From: Selaginella moellendorffii
Taxonomy: Eukaryota > Plantae > Lycopodiophyta
Assembly (NCBI RefSeq): GCF_000143415.4
Contig: NW_003314266.1
Coordinates: 2,366,078-2,430,077, forward strand
DNA: 64,000 nucleotides
Reading direction: 5' to 3'
In this document: in pieces, positions 26,530-38,231 of the stretch
Position numbering within the stretch: position 1 is the stretch's first letter
Layout of the letters: each line of letters opens with the position of its first letter
Translations under genes and position numbers: made by a program
The notes under the pieces: generated by a model
Seen by the model: only the letters and a program-made list of their open reading frames with translations
The model's database searches: none
Told to the model about the DNA's origin: nothing

Positions 26530-27000
26530 AAAATTTAAAATCACAAAAAAGCATAATTTTCCTGTGTTTGAAAATAATTAAAGCATTGGTCATATCAAAA
26601 GGCCTCACTATATACTTATAACAAATATCGAACACTATAGCCACCCTCCCAATACAAATTAAATTTAAGTCAATTTTGGTGAAGAATTGACTTTTTAAGA
26701 GACACTCTAACATCTCATGAATTAGCAAATGTAGGTATTAATTTGGGGTAGTGGATAATCAACCACTTGATAAAGAAAGGATTTTTTTTAGATGAAAAAG
26801 AAAGCTACATTAGCAAGAGTAAGAGATTGAGAATGTTAAATAAACTCTTTGAAAGGCTTTTTAAAATGTTTATGAAAAGCCTCAAAATCCACCAATAAAA
26901 GATTATAGATTAGAATAAATGGTAGTGATTTCCCCTCCAAAACATTGATTAAAGCTGATAACATTGGCATTCTCCTTCAATGTTTAATTTGTGTTGAATT
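26530..27000 (-). mobile_element. Highly decayed gypsy RT remnant
   Basis: FTKIDL and RPFDMTNA motifs in ORF 26387-26728. Confidence 0.5.
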
Positions 27001-28201
27001 GGTAAATAGTAGACAAAATGCTATGCTCATTATACACGATATTGAGTCTAGACTGAGTTAGTTGAAAATATAAGGTTGTAGGATTTGTTATAACATTTCC
27101 TCAACATTTTTTCCATTATAAAGATTTTTATTTCTTAGTCTTTTTTTATTTGAGTTAGTGTTTGGCAAATCCTGCCTTTCTGTAAGTTTTTCTCATGTTA
27201 ATTTTAAGTCTTATATCTTTTTAGTTGGGTTTTAGGGTGATAGTTATTATGATTTTGGTTCTGTTTCTACTATATTCATTCATCCAATATTTTCCAGTGT
27301 TAATATTAAGCGCACATTTTTTTTAGGTTTTTTAGCATACCAATTTTCAAGAAGATATTGTTGGTATTGAGAAATTTCCTGACTTGGTATAACTTTTGAT
27401 TGCAGAGCATTAAGATTTGACATGAGTTAAAGGAGAGGAAATAGGAAGATATCAATCATAAAGTATTTAAATTGTCAAGGGTTTCTTATCAAGTGAAGGG
27501 GAGATGAGCAAATTATTGATAAAAAAATTAAGAAAAGAGGAAAGATGAATTTATATTGAAACGAAATTCTAGAAACTTTTGATAAATTACCTTAAGCTAA
27601 TTTAGGCATTAATATTAAGTATTCATACATGACTTGAATTCAAATTTTATGAGCAAAGGTTTGAGGTTCAAATCTTATAATGGATAATGATGGCAAAATA
27701 TACTTCAAAAAATACACTTTGAGTGTATTAAATATTTAATTGCTTATTTCTTCTTTCTGACATATGACATATGAGTAAGTGTCATCATTAATAATAGAGT
27801 ACGAAGAGTAGTATTGAAGAAATCAAGTGACCTATCAAGTGTAGTATTATTATTATGTTTTTAATAACATATACGATTTAATATACACAGTTAAACCAAG
27901 TGTTACTTCAATACAAAATGTAGCAGTTTATTTTTTCCTCAAGAGGACAAGCTTTAATAATGGTATGAAGCATTGGAATATTCTACTAATTAGCAATAGT
28001 GGTGATAATAAGAACAAGTTTATTTGTCAAGTAAAACATATTTTAACATTATAGTAGGTTTATTATAGTAAAATAATAATATTAAGATATCTAGTAAAGT
28101 AATATTAGAGTTTATCCTATTTTTAACACTTGGCATAATAAGATAAACTTGTTTTAGTATAAAAATGAATTATTAATGAGTTTTCTATAAAATTAATACT
28201 A

Positions 28202-28703
28202 ATGACAATTCATATGCACTACATTCTATTCATGTTTTTGTATTCATATTTTATCATATTTGTAAACAGCAGCCAGGTAAGAGTTTGATTACTTAAGTAT
28301 AGTTAATGTGCATAATCTAACTTGAGAAAATCTTAACTAGTGTGATTATACAATTAGTATACAAACTGGATGTGTAGACGAAGCAGGAACTGATGCTAAT
28401 ATTAATATTTTTTTTCTCTCTTTACAAGGGCATCTGTTACCATTTTTTAATATAGATAACAAAGATGATAATTTTGAGAAATGTCAGCTTGACACATTTA
28501 ATGTTCAGGGAGAATGTTTACCTAATGAAGATAAGATATGTGAAATGATTATAGAACGGGATAATGCTGGTCGATATCAAAATTGGTATATTGATTGGAT
28601 AAAAATTACAGGAGCAGGAGATGGCCCTAAAAAATTTGATGTGGATGCTTGGCTTGATAATGATAACCGGCATAAAGATATTGATTTATGCAAAGGATTA
28701 TAA
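28202..28703 (+). CDS. Secreted PLAT/LH2-domain protein (ATS3/PLAT-like), 2 exons, 145 aa
   Basis: Exon 1 28202-28276 (MTIHMHYILFMFLYSYFIIFVNSSQ); GT-AG intron 28277-28340; exon 2 28341-28703 CDYTISIQTGCVDEAGTDANI...FEKCQLDTFNVQGEC...ICEMIIERDNAGRYQNWYIDWIKIT...FDVDAWL...DLCKGL*. Open throughout; absent from the ORF track. Confidence 0.85.
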
Positions 28704-28999
28704 TATTTCTTGTATAATTAAAAAAGAGAAAAGATATATTAGAGGTAGAAAAAATAAATAATCTCATAATTAATTAGTCCTTATAGATTTTCTTTGCCAT
28801 CAAAGCTCTAGTTGTTTTTATATAAATGAATATGGAAAAATAGTAATTTCTTTAGTATATATATTCTATATAAATATATTCTAAGATAAATAAAAAATCC
28901 ATTTATACAATCATGGATTTATTTATAAAAGTAGTCAAAAACCCAAGACTAAGAGCTTAAATCTCAAATAAACACCAAACACTAGATAAAGATCAATAT

Positions 29000-29913
29000 T
29001 GTCGCGAATGTGATTTCGGGTATCGAAAAATACTTGTCGACCAGTCCTTACAGGCATTCTTTCCTTACTGCCATGACAGCAGGAGGTCGGTACTGTTGGT
29101 CCCTTTCATGGTCTCCACTCAAGCTAGTTGAGAAATTGGTCATCGCGTGTGCACTTGACCAAATGAGCATAAGGACGGAATTCCTATGTGTTATTTGTCA
29201 AGCATACTTGACCTGGTTAAAGAAACTCATTCGTTGATTTGCACTTGCTAATGTTGGGAACCCCCGCGATATTGAGACTAGCTCCTCAATATTCACTAGA
29301 TGATAACTTACCGTGTTTGCCAAACACTCTCGCTATCACGCCCTTTGTGTTGGTCTCATTTAGGTCCTAAATGCTATTTATGGAAAGTGTCTAGATTAGC
29401 TCATTTGGCATATCTACGGAATGTAGAGATCGGCTTGAACACAATGGTGTTCGTCCCGTGTCCAAATTCGCAATCTAAGGACATTCCATATTTAGTAAGT
29501 TTCGGACTTGTCCCAGAGACTAACTCTTGGTACTAAGGGAGGCTTGGGGTGAAAGCCCAAAGCGTGTGTCCCTCAAGGGGGGGGGGGCTATGGGGGGTTC
29601 CAAATGTATAATAGGGATAGTGGTTGGAATGCATGTCTGACCACCTGAGACATTAGTTTGGCTCCCGCTGGGCTGTGTCGCTCCTTGTTCTGCGTCCAGC
29701 TTGGGTCTAAGCCCAAGCTCCATGCTGCTCTAGTCGGTGGAGTACCCTCCTCGCGTTAGGCCACCGGTATGCCAAAATTGTGCCAGACTCCGTCTGACAC
29801 CATTTTGCAGGCAGGTGTTGGATACGGGGAGCCGGTGGTCGTGGGATTGTACCGGACCCTTGTTTCGTAGTGCAACAGGCTTGGAATTCAGCTCCAAATT
29901 CAGGTGCCCTACA
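29000..29913 (+). mobile_element. Solo LTR (914 bp) related to 3791-4934, with perfect TSD AATAT
   Basis: TGTCGCGAATGTG...CCCTACA; AATAT at 28995-28999 and 29914-29918; first ~790 bp colinear with the 3' LTR, last ~120 bp different. Confidence 0.9.
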
Positions 29914-32900
29914 AATATTTGGCATTTCTTTTACTTATTTATAATGTAATATTTCATATCAAGAAAGAAAGATCATTCACAATTATGTATATACAGACAG
30001 ATTAGTTAAGATAAACTAAGCTTGTTTTATCTAATCCCAACCATTCAAAAAACCATTTAAGTACTATGAAGTGGTATAAGATCCTTATACTTCTAAATAT
30101 ATTAGCATTTTTAGCATGGCTATATATCCTTGTATGAGTGCATAAAATATGGAAATAAATAACAAAAACATGTCTAGATTGAAAATAATCCAATAGCTAC
30201 AAAATCCCACAATGCTAATAAAAGTATTAGGAAAAGACACTAAAGGATATATAGGTGGTATTAATTATTTCTAATCCTTTTATACAAATTTATGGAGGAT
30301 TGGCTTATTGAATATTATACTAAACCTTATAAACTTGTAGACTAACTTGCCACAACACCCAATAGTCCCTTCCATTGAGCAAATAACCCTTTACACAAAC
30401 TATATACTATAAGATAGACTCTACTTGAACAAATGGAAGAATATTCATCAAAGTCAAACCCAAGTCAGGAATAAGACTTATGAACATTGTAAATGAGACA
30501 CCTCCAAGTGGTCAAATATGTGGTTAAGTGACTAAAGTAAAATGGAAAATTAATTGCTTACAATTTGGTATTAAAGTTATTCCTTAATCTAACTTTTATT
30601 AGTGGTCAAATATATCACCACTTATATTGGCATTGGAAGGTCTTTATTTTTGAAGAGTAATATGTCAAGATAGCATGACTCTCCACTTTAGTTCATATAT
30701 GAACATGTATATAATGTGGTGGATAGAAAGGGGTCAATAAAGAAACAACTTTAGATCTTGGGAATAATAGAAAATTTTCCTCAAAGAGTTGAAAATGTGA
30801 TTTATATAAGTGTTTGATTTAGCAAATTTTCTAATGTAGTTATAGTAAACAACTATAGTTGGGATCACAAAAAGGATAAAGACTCCGAGACAATAAAGGA
30901 GTCACAAGATAATGCTTATATAGTTAAAGATGATATTTATGAATTTGAGTCTAGAGTTAATGACTATGAAAAGTTAAATATGAATGAAGACACATTTATG
31001 GTGGCACCTCAAAAGTAGCTATGAGACTAAGACCTTACAAGACGTAGATTAACAAAGTTTAAAATTTAGATGACTCAATAAAGTCAAGGGATAAAACCAA
31101 ACCATAAAAATCTGAGGGCATAGTTGAAAGTAATTATATAAGTTGGGAGTGGAGAATCAAGTGGGTGTTCAAAGGTTACTGACAATTGTACTGCTATAGA
31201 GAGTTTAAAATATGGAATTGTCTATATTAAACTTTATAGCCATTAGAAAGCTTACGAAAGAAGAAGCATTAGCAAGTTAAGGAATAAAATTTTTTCAATG
31301 TTCAAAAAGACAATTTTAGGTAAATTAGTACCTAAAAAGACAAATGTAAATGATTTATAAGATTGCACAAAATTAAAATAGCACAGCAGAAGCATGGTCT
31401 TAAAATTTGCCATGAGGTGATGTTATCAAAGTTAGAGAGGTAGTTCTTGTGGGTTCAAACAAATGACTTTCAATAAAAGTCAATGTTTAAGGACTTTCAT
31501 GCTTATGCAAAGAATTATATTATATTGGTTGGGTGACTTGTAAAGTAGGATTAGCAAGTTGGAGGAATGAAAACCCTAGTTGAATCTGATGACTTAAAAA
31601 TGGTGGCCCATGAGGCCAAGCATGGGGGAGTCCATGCATGATCATAAGTAAGTCAATTAGCTTGTCAAGTGAGAGGATTTGGAAGCTTAGAGGAATTAAG
31701 TTCCTAAGTGGTGATTCATAACACACGTTGGATTAAGTTGGTGCATCGGTGTAGGGAATCACACCAAACATCCTAGGTAATGCCATCTGCAAATGCATAT
31801 ACAAAAGTTAGATTTGAGTTTCAACCCTCTAGTTTTTGGGTTTGAGTCCCAACTTACTAGCATATGGTGATAATTTGGAATATAAAGACACTCATTTTTG
31901 GTAGTTATGGACTCTTAGTAAGAATGCTAGTTTGGGCACACTGCTAAATGGGGATGCCCTGGAGTCATGATACACAGTTAGAGCGTTTAATGTGAAAACT
32001 CAACATATCTAACTTACTTTAGTGCAATTGATATTGAGGACATGGTAAATGAAATGGGAACACCTAATCTCAGTTGCTATGGACCTTTGGTCAAAAGGGT
32101 TAGTTTGGGTGCAACACCAAGTGTGAGGATGCCCTCGAGGTCGTGGTCAACAATTTAAAGATTTGGTAGACATATTGCATATTGATAAACCCATTAAGCT
32201 ATCTATGTGGGATCACTAAGTAATTCCATGGCTAATAATCAAAGATAAAACTCTTTGGCGGGTTAAGGAATGGTATTTTTTATTCAAAGTAGTGACTTGA
32301 ACAAATAATATAGTGTGATTTAGTCAAAGTGACCAAGTGGGAAATATGCCTAAAGGAAATAAGCTATGGCAATGCAATGGTATTGTAAGAAAGTAATCTC
32401 TAAGGAAGGACCTATAAAAAGGTTGCAATATTAAATCGTGGGTAGAGCCCATAGTAGAAAATGTTAGGGAAACTTATTAAGGGTGAACACCCCTTGAACT
32501 TAGCAAACCAAAGCTTTTATTATAGAACAGAAAGAATACCTCAAGGATAGAAATAGTGATCTTATGTTGCTTTATGCAACAATCAAAGGATAGGAGCAAA
32601 AGACTAATGGCTGAGAATAGGCTATAGAAAAAATTAAAAGGAATCCAAATGATAAGTTATTGTAGCACACATTATTTCTCTCCCCTTAAGCCAACTAGAA
32701 AAGGGGCAATTGCTTGATGAGAGAGCTCTTAGTGGCTATTTTATCCCCATTTATCCCCCAAGGTTCCAAGGATCCACAGTGACAGTATATCCAAATCTCA
32801 TCCCATGATCACATGCGCTACAGTTATGCGAGGAATACTCATATAATGAATGCTAATAAATTGTGGGAAAGGAAATATATTTTTAAAGATGAATTTTCCA

Positions 32901-34021
32901 AATCCTTCAATATGGTAAAGGTGAAAGCTCCAAGAGATGGAGCAGCAAAGTAGCCAAATAATAGGGATATAAACAACTCTAACACAAATTATGGATAAAT
33001 CAAATTAAATGTTTAGTGGCACAAAGTAAAAAAGAGGATAATGGTGCCCTCAATTGAAAGACTTCATAGGATGGGAAAGTGAAGTTTGCACAACATATGC
33101 AATTCAAGGTGTTAGAAACACAAGTAAGATTGAAATAGAAAAAGTGTCTTTAACAGATTTAGTGAGAACTAAATGAACAAAAGGAAAGAACCATCACATA
33201 TAATTTAATAAGACTTTAAGTTGAAGAAATTATGTTCCTTAAAGGATGGAAAGGCATGGTGAGCCTTTAGTGTTGAATCATTGATGAATATTGGCTTGGT
33301 GCTAAGGAAAATTATAACTCATGATAGATTTACTTTATGAAATGGTTTATCATTCAATAAGGATATTGTAAGCAACTAAATTTTCATTTCTACTTTAGTT
33401 ATTTAACGACACCTTTGACCATTTGGAGGAGTCTCACTCACAACCTCCATAATCCCATTCTCTACTTAAAGATATGTTAGCCCCATAAATGGCATCTATG
33501 CCATTTAGCCTTTGCACTTGGTCTAAGTGTTTCATGTGTCTGATCCCATGATAGACTATCGAAAGGTACTACTAACATCTCAACTTGTTATGGTAAAGCC
33601 ATATCCATTTACTCTTGTTTCATTGGTAGTCCAAGACCATCTATACCATATTCCCATCTCTCAAAAATTGGGCCATTTATCCATAGGTGGTCATCTTAGG
33701 ACCATACCTTAATATCCTTAAGATGCTCAGAGACATAAAGAATACTCTTTCCCATTATCTCTTCTTCAGTCCCCACCAAGTCCCTTTCCATCCACAGCCA
33801 TGCTCGCCAACACTGCCATTAGATTAGGGCCCGAAATCTTGACCACTAAGTCCCATTAACCTTTGGGACTTCCTTACCTTGTGACTATATCCTTAGTCAT
33901 TACACAAGAGGATTTTCCACAGTTTGGGATTTTGGGATGACATTTTGAAACACCATAGCTCTACACAAGCCTCATATGTACTCTCCCTAGCTTCTACCCT
34001 TAGGTGCCTTAGTTATGTGGT

Positions 34022-34119
34022 TAGAATGAGGTTTCGATGAGTCATACCAAGTATCCAAGTAAGTAGTGGCTAGAGTGAGGTTTTGATGAGCCATACCAGG
34101 TATCCAAGTAAGTAGTGCC
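34022..34119 (+). repeat. Tandem duplication of a 49-bp unit (2 copies)
   Basis: tagaatgaggtttcgatgagtcataccaagtatccaagtaagtagtggc repeated with a few substitutions. Confidence 0.85.
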
Positions 34120-34171
34120 ACCCACGCTTAGATTGAGAGCATCGATCATTCGATCTCATAGGGGAGCTAAA

Positions 34172-34300
34172 TGTAAGCTCTTGAATTTGAACTTCCCAGG
34201 AGGTCACTCAACCCAATACTATTCAAACCCAAGGATGCTTAACCCCAAGTATTCTAAGACCCTTAACCAATTGGAAAAAGGGGTGCACTCTTATTTATAA
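34172..34300 (-). repeat. 5S-rRNA-derived LTR-end repeat, copy C (best preserved)
   Basis: 34191-34243 matches the reverse complement of the plant 5S rRNA box A-IE-box C region at about 43/53 ungapped (against a recalled consensus); minus strand ends ...GAGCTTACA. Confidence 0.7.
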
Positions 34301-36293
34301 GCCCTTTCTCTTTATATTTGAACCCCTATAGATCATCTCTTAAGTTGTTTTTTTTTATAACATACACTAAAACCGACTCTTAAACCCTTCACCAAGTTAC
34401 CCCACTTGTCTGTCTATATTCACTTTAGCCTTAGACTCCTTAATGGTTATATCATCATTCACTATATTGGTATAGCTTTCCTTAGTCACATTTGCTCCAT
34501 TGAAATTCTCCCCCTACTATCCTTTTGGAACTCATTGAACCCCCTAGGGTTTGTGAAATGATTGCTTTAGGCTTTCACCCTTGGACTTAGACTTGGACTT
34601 GGACTCGGTCTCTGCCCTGGTGAAAACTTGATAGATGATATAATTGTTGTAGGTGCGAGAGAGAATTCAATGGAAAACTAGTTACAATAGTCCACTGCTG
34701 TGATTGTAGAGTGCCAAAGGGCTTTTAATATCATTATTCTTGAGTTGGCACTATGCTTCTCACCTTAGAACATGCTACCAAATGCATGAATCAATTAAAA
34801 ATTAACTTGAAACCTTCAATCCCCAAGAAGGTTTATGTGAGTTATCGTGAGTAAGGATAGGCTTAAGATCACTAAAATACTTTGAGTCTTGAATAAATGA
34901 ATGTGCATTAGTGTTAGGCTAGAGTATAATAAAGATAGGGATAGGGATCAAGTGTTAACTCTCCCCTTTAACTACTCCTACATGGTGGTAATTGCCACTT
35001 CTTGAGTTCTAACTATCAAGATTGTAATCTTGAGTGTCAAGGTTATAAACTTGATTGTTAAGAAAATGCTTGAATGCATAGTTAATTTGCTATGCTTCAT
35101 CTGGTCTCAATCTTAGTCTTGGTGTCAGTCTCAGTCTTTATCTTAATCCCACTACTCATTCCCAAATAATCCTAACCTCCATCAATATAACCATCATACT
35201 TTGGAACTATGATATTGACTTCTCAAGTCAATTTCTTTAGTATCTCTGACACTTTGAATTGCACATGTTGTGCAAACTTCATTTTCCCATCTTAGGAAGT
35301 TTTTCAATTAAAGGCAACATCATCCTCTATTTTACTTTATACCACTCTAGGCATTAAGTTCTATTTATTTATAATTTATTAAAAACTTGGTGAAAATACT
35401 GATTAGTGATGTTGTAGTTTTGTTGCAGATGTGAGAGAGAATTCAGTGAAGAGCTAGCTATGATGGTAATGGATTTATAGTCATAATAAAAATTTAATAT
35501 AAATATATATTATAAAATAATTATTATTATTATTAAATATTAAATATTAAAATAATAATTTTTTCTGTAAATGAGGTGATAATGCAAAACCTCTATTTAA
35601 TAGCAACTATTGCAACTAGGATTAGATACACAGATCTAAATATTATTAAAATTAATAATTGTTTAAAATAACTATTTAATAAAAATGTTACCACTAAAAC
35701 CTTAACAGAATATTCTTTTATGTACTAAACTATGTTGAGGACTCTCTTGGCTCCCTATGTTGGCTAGTCAAGTCTATCACTACAAACTATTAAATACAAA
35801 ATGAAACAAGGCTGAAACTAGCTCTTCAATCTCTTCAATATTCTTTGGGTTTCTTGTTTTAAGCTGTTGTGATTGCTATTAGTAATTATTGATTATAAGT
35901 TTCATTCCTTTGTTCGACTGGCTGGTAATCTCTTTTGTTCGTTCTTTGTTTTTCTTTATCGAAAACTAAATGGGAAACTCTAGGGATATCAAGGAAATTA
36001 AAGCTTACATTCTCCCCTTTTCTCTATGGAACCATTGCTTGCTAAACAGTTTTGTGCTAAGTTTTTTAACTGAAAAACTTGACAGTACCAATACTTAATT
36101 TCTTTCTCCAGTTGCAAAAGGGGTTCCAAATTGAGAATGTATGCATTGAGCAGTGTTTTGCAAGAAGCTGCTGAAGATGCTTTGTACATAAAAGGGAGTA
36201 GCCAGAAAACCTCGAACTGTAATTGATGTGGGATTTGATAATAAAGCTCGGAGACTTTAAGAGTGTAATTAGCGATGGTGGTGTGGATTTGTG

Positions 36294-38075
36294 ATGAACA
36301 GGAACGCCAGCATCGATCTTGTCAAGTCATGCACAACACAACGTCAGGCTGGGGAGATCTACAATCGTATCCATCACCTAGTAGTTTCCGACGTCTACCT
36401 CGCCAATCTCCTGATTCAGCTGCTTGGCAAAGTTGGCAGCCCACAGCTCTCCCGCCAGATCTTTGATTCAGTGCCTTGCCACAAAAGAGACTCGTACACA
36501 TGGGACTACCTCCTCGTGGCCTATGCCCAAAACGGGCATATCAATCAAACGCAACAAGTCTTCGATGCAATGCCCCGGAGAAACCTCGTGTCCAGCACCA
36601 CACTCTCGCGCTTGTATGCCCAGGCCGGGGATCTGGAGGGGGCGATACGAGTGTTCCAAACGATGGCATTTTGTGATCTCATCTCCTGGACGGTGCTGCT
36701 AGTTTTCTATGCCCGATCCGGCGAGGTGGGCGATGCCGCGAGGCTGTTCGATGCAATGCCGGAGGTGGATCTGGCATCCTGGACTGCAATGCTTGGCGCA
36801 TTTGCCCAGGTTGGTGATCTGGAGAAATCAAAGAAAGTCTTTGATGCAATGCCGGAACACGACGTCGTGTCGTGCACCGCAATGCTGAACTCGTTCGGAC
36901 AGAGTGGAAATCTGGAAGAAGTGTGTGGGATTTACGAGAGAATGGAGGAAAGAAACCAGGTTTCCAAGACGGCTCTTCTTTCTGCATATGCCAACAGTGG
37001 ATTTGCTAACGAGGCCAAGGAGATGTTTATGAAAATGGAGGAGTTTGATCTGGTTTCGTGGAACACAATGCTTTCGATGTATGCAAAATACGGCCAGATG
37101 GATGAAGCAAAGGCTCTCTTTGATCACATGGAAGAGCGGGATCTTGTTTCTTGGAATTCAATGCTTACTGCATTTGCCCAATACTGGCATATTGGAGATT
37201 CAGAAAGTTTATTTCATTCTATGAAAGAAAGGGACATAGTTTCGTGGAATACAATGCTTGCTGCCTACGCAAACTTAGGTCTTGTATCATGTTGCGAGAA
37301 AATATTCTATGAAATGCCTGAAAGGAATCTAGTGTCATGGAACTCGCTCCTTGCAGCATATGCCCAAAACGGGCAAATGGAAAATGCTGTGAGCATTTTT
37401 ACGGTGATGTGCGAGCGGAATCTTCTCTCTTGGAACTCTCTGCTGGTCGCATACATGCACGATTCGTATACAGAGGAGTTCCTTCGGGCGTTTTTTGCTA
37501 TGCCAGAGCGTGATCTCATCTCCTGGACGAGCCTCATTGCCGTGCTTGCCCAAAACGGGCATTTGGATCAAGCAAAGCTCGTCTTTGATCGGATTCCAGA
37601 GCGAGATCTTTGCTCCTGGAACACAGTCTTGGCAGCATTTGCCTACAGCGGAGAATTCAGTGATGCTTTCCAGATCTTTGGCGAGCTTAACATGATTGGG
37701 AGCCCAGATGGGATCTCATTTGCCTGTGTTCTTCATGCATGTTGCCATGCAGGGAAAGCTTCCATTGGGAGGAACTACTTCTTTTCCATGACAGTGGATT
37801 TTGGGTTGGATCCATCCAAGCAGCACTATAGCTGCCTGATCAATCTGCTGGGAAGAGCTGGGCATCTGGATGATTGCCAGGAACTTGTAAATTCAATGCC
37901 TTTCGTCGCTGATGGCTCGGATTGGAGGAGTTTTCTGGGAGCTTGCGCTAGCTCCAAGGAGATTTGGAGGACACAGCGTATGAGAGAGGTTAACATGAAC
38001 CATCCAGCATCCTATGTTCTCCTCTCAAACATTTTCTCCGTTAAGCAAAAAATGGAATTGGACGGCTCAGATTGA
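36294..38075 (+). CDS. PLS-class pentatricopeptide repeat protein with partial E domain, no DYW
   Basis: Intronless; tandem ~31-aa motifs (FDAMPERDLVSWN.ML.AYA..G); PD.ISF..VL.AC.HAG...HYSCLINLLGRAG...W..FLGAC E-type tail. Confidence 0.95.
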   Translation: MNRNASIDLVKSCTTQRQAGEIYNRIHHLVVSDVYLANLLIQLLGKVGSPQLSRQIFDSVPCHKRDSYTWDYLLVAYAQNGHINQTQQVFDAMPRRNLVSSTTLSRLYAQAGDLEGAIRVFQTMAFCDLISWTVLLVFYARSGEVGDAARLFDAMPEVDLASWTAMLGAFAQVGDLEKSKKVFDAMPEHDVVSCTAMLNSFGQSGNLEEVCGIYERMEERNQVSKTALLSAYANSGFANEAKEMFMKMEEFDLVSWNTMLSMYAKYGQMDEAKALFDHMEERDLVSWNSMLTAFAQYWHIGDSESLFHSMKERDIVSWNTMLAAYANLGLVSCCEKIFYEMPERNLVSWNSLLAAYAQNGQMENAVSIFTVMCERNLLSWNSLLVAYMHDSYTEEFLRAFFAMPERDLISWTSLIAVLAQNGHLDQAKLVFDRIPERDLCSWNTVLAAFAYSGEFSDAFQIFGELNMIGSPDGISFACVLHACCHAGKASIGRNYFFSMTVDFGLDPSKQHYSCLINLLGRAGHLDDCQELVNSMPFVADGSDWRSFLGACASSKEIWRTQRMREVNMNHPASYVLLSNIFSVKQKMELDGSD

Positions 38076-38231
38076 CTCTCACTTTGTACTTTAGGGCATA
38101 TAATTATCTATAAAATCCTGATTAAGCTAATTCCTTTTAACCATGCCTTCTAACCGCCACTAGGAATATTCTTCGTATAGCTTCCCGGAAAAGCCTCCTG
38201 GATTAGGGTTCTTGGGCGCAAGTTTGAAATC

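Larger units (their letters stand above)
30330..35370. mobile_element. Nested, highly decayed LTR-retrotransposon debris
   Basis: LTR end + PBS-like GCTTACAATTTGGTATTAAAG (~30556-30577) with an inverted copy near 33365-33445; inverted pair ~32990-33135 / ~35228-35377; LTR fragment 32661-32790 similar to 25085-25210; no intact ORFs. Confidence 0.55.
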
